Below, piece after piece: positions 59,620 through 64,000 of a stretch of DNA of 64,000 nt. This DNA comes from an uncultured bacterium (GTDB taxonomy: Bacteria; Verrucomicrobiota; Kiritimatiellia; RFP12; UBA1067). The notes below the pieces were generated by a model that made no database searches, was not told the origin of the DNA, and worked only from the letters and a program-made list of their open reading frames with translations. Position 1 is the first letter of the stretch, and each line of letters begins with the position of its first letter. Position numbers and translations under genes: made by a program. Where the stretch lies: the NCBI GenBank assembly GCA_902799385.1, contig CADCAK010000003.1, positions 27,888 to 91,887 of the forward strand. Direction: 5' to 3'.

Positions 59620-59778
59620 ATGGCTTTCAAGAAATCAAACAGCTCGGCAGGCGAGGAATTCGCCGCCCGCAAGCGTCCCGCGCTCGGCCCGAACGACCAG
59701 ATCGACGTGAACGACATCGAGACGCTCAAGTACTACCAGGGCGTCAAGCGCGCCCGCAACATGGGCCTCATGGCCTAA
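59620..59778 (+). CDS. rpsR: ribosomal protein S18, unusually short (52 aa; below the ORF-track cutoff)
   Basis: AAAGGAA lies upstream of ATG 59620. IDVNDIETLKYY and the terminal VKRARNMGL match S18 blocks. The gene is syntenic between ssb and rplI. Confidence 0.6.
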   Translation: MAFKKSNSSAGEEFAARKRPALGPNDQIDVNDIETLKYYQGVKRARNMGLMA

Positions 59779-59797
59779 AGCGGAAGGAGACAATGCC

Positions 59798-60262
59798 ATG
59801 CATATCGAAGTGATGCTTATGGACAACGTGAAGAAGCTCGGCAAGGCCGGCGAGATTGTCAAGGTCGCCCCGGGCTACTTCCGCAACTATCTCGCCCCCA
59901 AGGGGCTTGCCTCCGTTGCGACCGAGGCCGCGAAGCGCCGTCTCAAGAAGCTTGAGGCCGAGCGCGCCGCCCGCGCCGCCGAGGAGAAGAAGGCCGCTCT
60001 CGCGGTCGCCAAGAAGCTCGAGGGCCTCGCCCTCACCGTTTCCGCCCACACGACGGACGGCAAGAAGCTCTACGGCGCTGTCAGCGTGACCGACCTCCTC
60101 GCGGCCATCGAGGCCCAGCGCGGAGTCAAGATCGAGCGCGGCCAGTTCTCGCTCGAGGAGTCCCTGCGCGAAGTCGGCGAATACGAGGCCAAGATCGATC
60201 TCGGCCACGGCGTTTTCGCCAAGTGCAAGATCACGATCCTGGACGAAGGCGAGGCCGCCTAA
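59798..60262 (+). CDS. rplI: ribosomal protein L9
   Basis: GGAAGGAGA lies upstream. VMLMDNVKKLGKAGEIVKVAPGYFRNYLAPKGLA is present. The gene is full length. Confidence 0.9.
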   Translation: MHIEVMLMDNVKKLGKAGEIVKVAPGYFRNYLAPKGLASVATEAAKRRLKKLEAERAARAAEEKKAALAVAKKLEGLALTVSAHTTDGKKLYGAVSVTDLLAAIEAQRGVKIERGQFSLEESLREVGEYEAKIDLGHGVFAKCKITILDEGEAA

Positions 60263-60284
60263 CTCCAAGGGCGAAGATCGCCCG

Positions 60285-60347
60285 AATCGCCGCCGCGAAG
60301 TGCGCCGTCCAAAGTACGGCCGCCGTCGCGGCGGCGATTGCCTTTTC
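60285..60347 (+). terminator. long-stem terminator-like hairpin
   Basis: AATCGCCGCCGCGA (60285-60298) pairs with TCGCGGCGGCGATT (60326-60339), followed by GCCTTTTCC. Confidence 0.65.
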
Positions 60348-60546
60348 CGTGCCATGGTCGTTACATTTCCTGTAATTCAATCGCGGCGTGGCGACAAAAT
60401 GTGTTGCGACGCTTTCCCCCCATGTTCACGCAGTTGCGTCTTCTCCCTTGAAATCCGGCCTCTTCCCTGGGTTGGCATGGCGCGTGCTAATTGTTCTGCG
60501 TCGGATGCGATGGACGCGTTCGACAAACCAAACAAGGAACAAGACA

Positions 60547-62649
60547 ATGACGGAAGAGACCAAGAGCGCGACGCACTTCGGCGAAGACGTGTTCGGCGAA
60601 GAGGCGATTCGGACATATTTGAGCAAGGACACGGCCAAGAAGCTCCAGGCGACGATCCAGGAAGGCAAGCCGCTCGATCCGTCGATTGCGGGCGAGGTAG
60701 CGCACGGCATCCGCCATTGGGCGATGGACAGGGGGGCTACGCACTATACGCACTGGTTCCTCCCGATGACTGGCTCTACCGCCGAGAAGCACGACTCGTT
60801 CCTTGAACTGAAGGATGGCGAGCCGATAATGCAGTTCAGCGGCAAGAACCTGATCGTCGGCGAGCCCGACGCATCGTCCTTCCCTTCTGGCGGCATCCGC
60901 TCCACCTTCGAGGCGCGCGGCTACACCGCGTGGGATCCGACGTCGCCGGCGTTCATCAAGCGCCACTCTAACGGCGCGACGCTTTGCATCCCGACCGCGT
61001 TCTGCGCATACACGGGCGAGTCGCTCGACAAGAAGACGCCGCTTCTCCGCTCGATGCAGGCGCTCGACAAGTCGCTGAAGCGCCTCATGAAGCTCTTCGG
61101 GCGCCCCGAGGGCCACGCCGCGTGCACGCTCGGTGCCGAGCAGGAATACTTCCTCATCGACAAGGAATACTGGAAGAAGCGTCCCGATCTCGTGCTTACG
61201 GGGCGCACGCTCTTCGGCGCTCCGTCGGCGAAGGGTCAGCAGCTCGAAGACCACTACTTCGGCACGATTCCAGACCGCGTCCTCTCGTTCATGAACGACG
61301 TCGAGCGCGAACTCTGGAAGCTCGGCATCCCTGCTAAGACGCGCCACAACGAAGTCGCGCCCGCGCAGTTCGAGCTCGCGCCGCAGTTCGAGGAACTGAA
61401 CCTCGCGAGCGACCACAACATGCTTGTGATGGACGCGCTCAGGAACGTCGCGGAGAAGCATGGCTTCAAGTGCCTTCTACACGAGAAGCCCTACGCGGGC
61501 ATAAACGGCTCTGGCAAGCACAACAACTGGTCCGTCGCCTACGGCGGCAGGAACCTCCTCGACCCCGGCACCGACCCGCACGAGAACGCAGTGTTCCTGA
61601 CGATGCTCTGCGCGGTGATCGAGGCGGTTGACAAGCACGCCGACCTGCTACGCGCTTCCGTCGCGGGCGCGGGCAACGACCACCGTCTCGGCGCGAACGA
61701 GGCGCCGCCTGCAGTTATCTCCATATACGTCGGCGACCAGCTTGCCGAAGTCCTCGACCGCATCGAGAATCCGAAGAGCGCTAGGCGCGAGGAGAAGGGC
61801 TCGCTGAAGATTGGCGTAGACACGCTCCCGGCAATCCCGAAGGACGCGACCGACCGCAACCGCACGTCGCCGTTCGCGTTCACCGGCAACAAGTTCGAGT
61901 TCCGCGCTCCCGGTTCGAGCGTGTGCTGCTCTGGTCCGATGACAGTCCTCAACACAATCGTTGCCGAGGCGGTTGATAGGATCGCAGGCGAGCTCGAGGC
62001 TGCGAAGGTCGCGGGCAAGGCAAAGCCCGGCGAGCATACGGCCGCGTTCCACATTGCGCTGCAGAAGATACTGCAGGCCACGCTCAAGGCGCACAAGCGC
62101 GTGGTGTTCAACGGCAACGGCTACGAGGCCGACTGGCCGAAGGAGGCCGAGAAGCGCGGACTTCCCAACGCGCCCGACACGCTCTCCGCGCTTGCGGCGC
62201 TCGGGAAGAAGGAGAACGTCGCTCTCTTCGAGAAGTACGGCGTGATGACGAAGCGTGAGCTTAAGAGCCGCCACGAGATCTTCCTCGAGGAATACGAGAA
62301 GAAGGTCCGCATCGAGGGCAACGCCGCCGTAGACATCGCAAAGACGATGATTCTCCCAGCCGTTCGCGCCGAGTATCTTGATGCGGCGAAGGCCTACAAC
62401 GAGACTGACTCGAGCAACGTCAAGGTCGCAATCGACATGCTCCGCGGGCAGATGGCGGAACTCGGCGGTGGCCTCGTCAGGATGAACGAGGCTATCACAC
62501 GGCTGCAGGACGCCCTGGACAACTACGACACCATGGACATCCTTGCGCGCATGGCCGAGCTCCGCAAGGTCGTTGATGCGCTAGAGACGGTCGTCTCGAA
62601 CGACAAGTGGCCGCTTCCTAAGTACCGCGAAATGCTGTTCCTTTACTAG
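60547..62649 (+). CDS. glnN: glutamine synthetase type III
   Basis: The product is about 700 aa. HYTHWFLPMTGSTAEKHDSFL, NEVAPAQFELAP and GSGKHNNWS are hallmarks of GSIII. The track ORF's 53-codon upstream extension was discarded. Confidence 0.9.
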   Translation: MTEETKSATHFGEDVFGEEAIRTYLSKDTAKKLQATIQEGKPLDPSIAGEVAHGIRHWAMDRGATHYTHWFLPMTGSTAEKHDSFLELKDGEPIMQFSGKNLIVGEPDASSFPSGGIRSTFEARGYTAWDPTSPAFIKRHSNGATLCIPTAFCAYTGESLDKKTPLLRSMQALDKSLKRLMKLFGRPEGHAACTLGAEQEYFLIDKEYWKKRPDLVLTGRTLFGAPSAKGQQLEDHYFGTIPDRVLSFMNDVERELWKLGIPAKTRHNEVAPAQFELAPQFEELNLASDHNMLVMDALRNVAEKHGFKCLLHEKPYAGINGSGKHNNWSVAYGGRNLLDPGTDPHENAVFLTMLCAVIEAVDKHADLLRASVAGAGNDHRLGANEAPPAVISIYVGDQLAEVLDRIENPKSARREEKGSLKIGVDTLPAIPKDATDRNRTSPFAFTGNKFEFRAPGSSVCCSGPMTVLNTIVAEAVDRIAGELEAAKVAGKAKPGEHTAAFHIALQKILQATLKAHKRVVFNGNGYEADWPKEAEKRGLPNAPDTLSALAALGKKENVALFEKYGVMTKRELKSRHEIFLEEYEKKVRIEGNAAVDIAKTMILPAVRAEYLDAAKAYNETDSSNVKVAIDMLRGQMAELGGGLVRMNEAITRLQDALDNYDTMDILARMAELRKVVDALETVVSNDKWPLPKYREMLFLY

Positions 62650-62693
62650 TTGGGTGGTTAGGTAGTTGAGTGGTTTGGTGGTGTCGAAAGAAA

Positions 62694-64000
62694 ATGACTG
62701 ATGAACTAAAGCACGAATGTGCCGTGGCGATGGTGGTCTTGAGAAAGTCCGCCATCGCCACAGGCGATTTCGGTGGAACAAAGCTATCGCTCCTTCTCGA
62801 GAAGCAGCACAATCGCGGGCAGGACGGCGCGGGAGCTGCAATACTCTCGGCTAATCCAGAACCGGGCGAGACGCCGTACTGGATTGCAAAGTCCGCATCC
62901 GCTACACCGCTCACGGATGTGTTAAAGGCTATCACAAAGCGCAATGTTTCTTTTAGCCACAAAGAACACAGAGAGCACAAAGAGCTATGTGAACTTTGTG
63001 ATCTTTGTGGCAAAAATCACGAGAGAATTTTTCTCGGTCATCTTCGCTACGCCACGTTCGGTAAAAACGACGTGGCGTATTGCCATCCGTTTGTACACGA
63101 AGCAAGCGAACTGAGCCACACGCTCCTTCTCGCTGGAAACTTTAACCTCACAAACGCCCACGAACTTTTCGACGACTACCGTCACCACGGTTCATTCCCG
63201 ACGAGCAAGTCGGACGGCTACCTCATCTGCGAAATGATCGCCAAAGGGCTGATGGGAGAAGGGCATCAGGGCGACAACCGCATTGTCTCAGCTATTGGTT
63301 CGGCTCTTGCAAACGCCGATGGCGCATGGACGCTCTGCGGCATGACTGCAGACGGATGGGCGGTTGCGACGCGCGACCCGCACGGCATCAGACCAGGCTG
63401 GCACTACATCGACGACGATGTCGTTGTCGTCGCTTCTGAGCGCGCCGCCATACAGGCGGCATTCGATGTGCCGCCCGAAGCGGTGAAGGAGCTTCCGCCT
63501 GGCGAAGCTCTCGTCGTCTCGCCGGAAGGCAAGGTCGAGTTTTGCGAATTGGACAAGCGACCAGTGGCTGGCGACAGCGTAACCACCCAACCACCCAACC
63601 ATCCAACCACCAAACCGATCCCTCGCCCCTGCTCCTTCGAGCGCATCTACTTCTCCCGCGCGAATGACGCCGATATCCACCGCGAGCGCAAGGCGCTCGG
63701 CGCGGCGCTTGTGCCGCGGATCCTCGAGGCCGCCAATGCGCCGATGGACCGCATTTTCTTCAGCTACATTCCCAACTCGGCCAGAATAGCTTTTCATGGT
63801 CTGTTGGAGGAACTGTTTAGGAGATGCTTTTTAACGCAGAGGCGCGTAACCGCCGCGGAAGCGGGGCTCGCGTTTTGTAGCGAGCCAAGCCGAGCGAAGC
63901 GAGTGCCGAGAGGCGCAGAGTGCGCAGAGAGCGTTTTGTCACTGGGGCGTTGCCCCAGACCCCAAGAATCCTGTACTTCTTGTCAATCCTGTCCAAAAAC
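62694..64000 (+). CDS. purF: amidophosphoribosyltransferase-like class II glutamine amidotransferase (3' end outside window; not in the ORF track because no stop is reached)
   Basis: The frame was checked codon by codon and is open to the window end. Supporting motifs are the propeptide plus HECAV nucleophile Cys, NRGQDGAG, GHLRYATFG, RDPHGIRPG, CSFERIYFSR and FSYIPNSA. Confidence 0.65.
   Translation, partial: MTDELKHECAVAMVVLRKSAIATGDFGGTKLSLLLEKQHNRGQDGAGAAILSANPEPGETPYWIAKSASATPLTDVLKAITKRNVSFSHKEHREHKELCELCDLCGKNHERIFLGHLRYATFGKNDVAYCHPFVHEASELSHTLLLAGNFNLTNAHELFDDYRHHGSFPTSKSDGYLICEMIAKGLMGEGHQGDNRIVSAIGSALANADGAWTLCGMTADGWAVATRDPHGIRPGWHYIDDDVVVVASERAAIQAAFDVPPEAVKELPPGEALVVSPEGKVEFCELDKRPVAGDSVTTQPPNHPTTKPIPRPCSFERIYFSRANDADIHRERKALGAALVPRILEAANAPMDRIFFSYIPNSARIAFHGLLEELFRRCFLTQRRVTAAEAGLAFCSEPSRAKRVPRGAECAESVLSLGRCPRPQESCTSCQSCPK
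62956..63011 (+). repeat. 56-nt imperfect palindromic low-GC element inserted in frame in the purF-like gene
   Basis: It has perfect 10-bp termini GCCACAAAGA...TCTTTGTGGC with partially complementary CACA(A/G)AG-type arms. It encodes HKEHREHKELCELCDLCG just before the conserved GHLRYAT block. Confidence 0.6.

Noticed and set aside
62650-62683. G-quadruplex in the GT-rich spacer before the purF-like gene
   Set aside because: Only GG doublets and one GGG are present. Four G-tracts of 3 or more do not occur.

Overview
High-GC bacterial chromosomal window with several visibly lower-GC patches. Every credible gene lies on the + strand except one decayed fragment. The gene content is V-type ATPase D/I/K, type III glutamine synthetase, Tat-signal Gfo/Idh/MocA oxidoreductases with xylose-isomerase-like TIM barrels, GH109/GH16 enzymes and a beta-helix surface protein. 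This suggests a PVC-group organism (Lentisphaerota/Kiritimatiellota/Verrucomicrobiota-like), with low confidence. Layout: (i) 1-6.1 kb is an envelope/glycan cluster with GtrA, a secretin, DUF481, a B12-radical SAM enzyme and a sugar-1-P nucleotidyltransferase. (ii) 6.1-35 kb is the stand-out region. It is a roughly 29-kb run of about 24 co-directional genes, mostly with overlapping start/stop codons. It encodes four Hanks Ser/Thr kinases (two fused to FGE-sulfatase-type sensor domains), a Zn-ribbon-FHA protein, a Zn-ribbon-SPFH/flotillin-like protein, and a Zn-ribbon protein whose C-terminal half looks like Snf7/ESCRT-III. It also encodes a classic-clade AAA ATPase with a helical N-terminal domain, two HExxH peptidases, and about 12 lipoproteins, including duplicated LpoB-like/YcfL-like/COG3014-like sets. 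(iii) 35-51 kb is housekeeping and sugar metabolism: truA, GH16, a large surface protein, rnfE, nrdR, DtxR, an EIIA fusion, a DD-carboxypeptidase, UXS and a Tat-exported oxidoreductase/isomerase operon. (iv) 50.9-51.7 kb is a decayed patch with gene fragments and iteron-like repeats next to tRNA-Val. (v) 51.8-64 kb holds HydG-like, ntpD-I-K, an interrupted membrane gene, an ACP-like gene, rplY-rpsF-ssb-rpsR-rplI, glnN and a purF-like gene that runs off the window. No CRISPR array, rRNA, transposase or integrase was seen. All homology calls are recognition by eye from the translations. No search was run.
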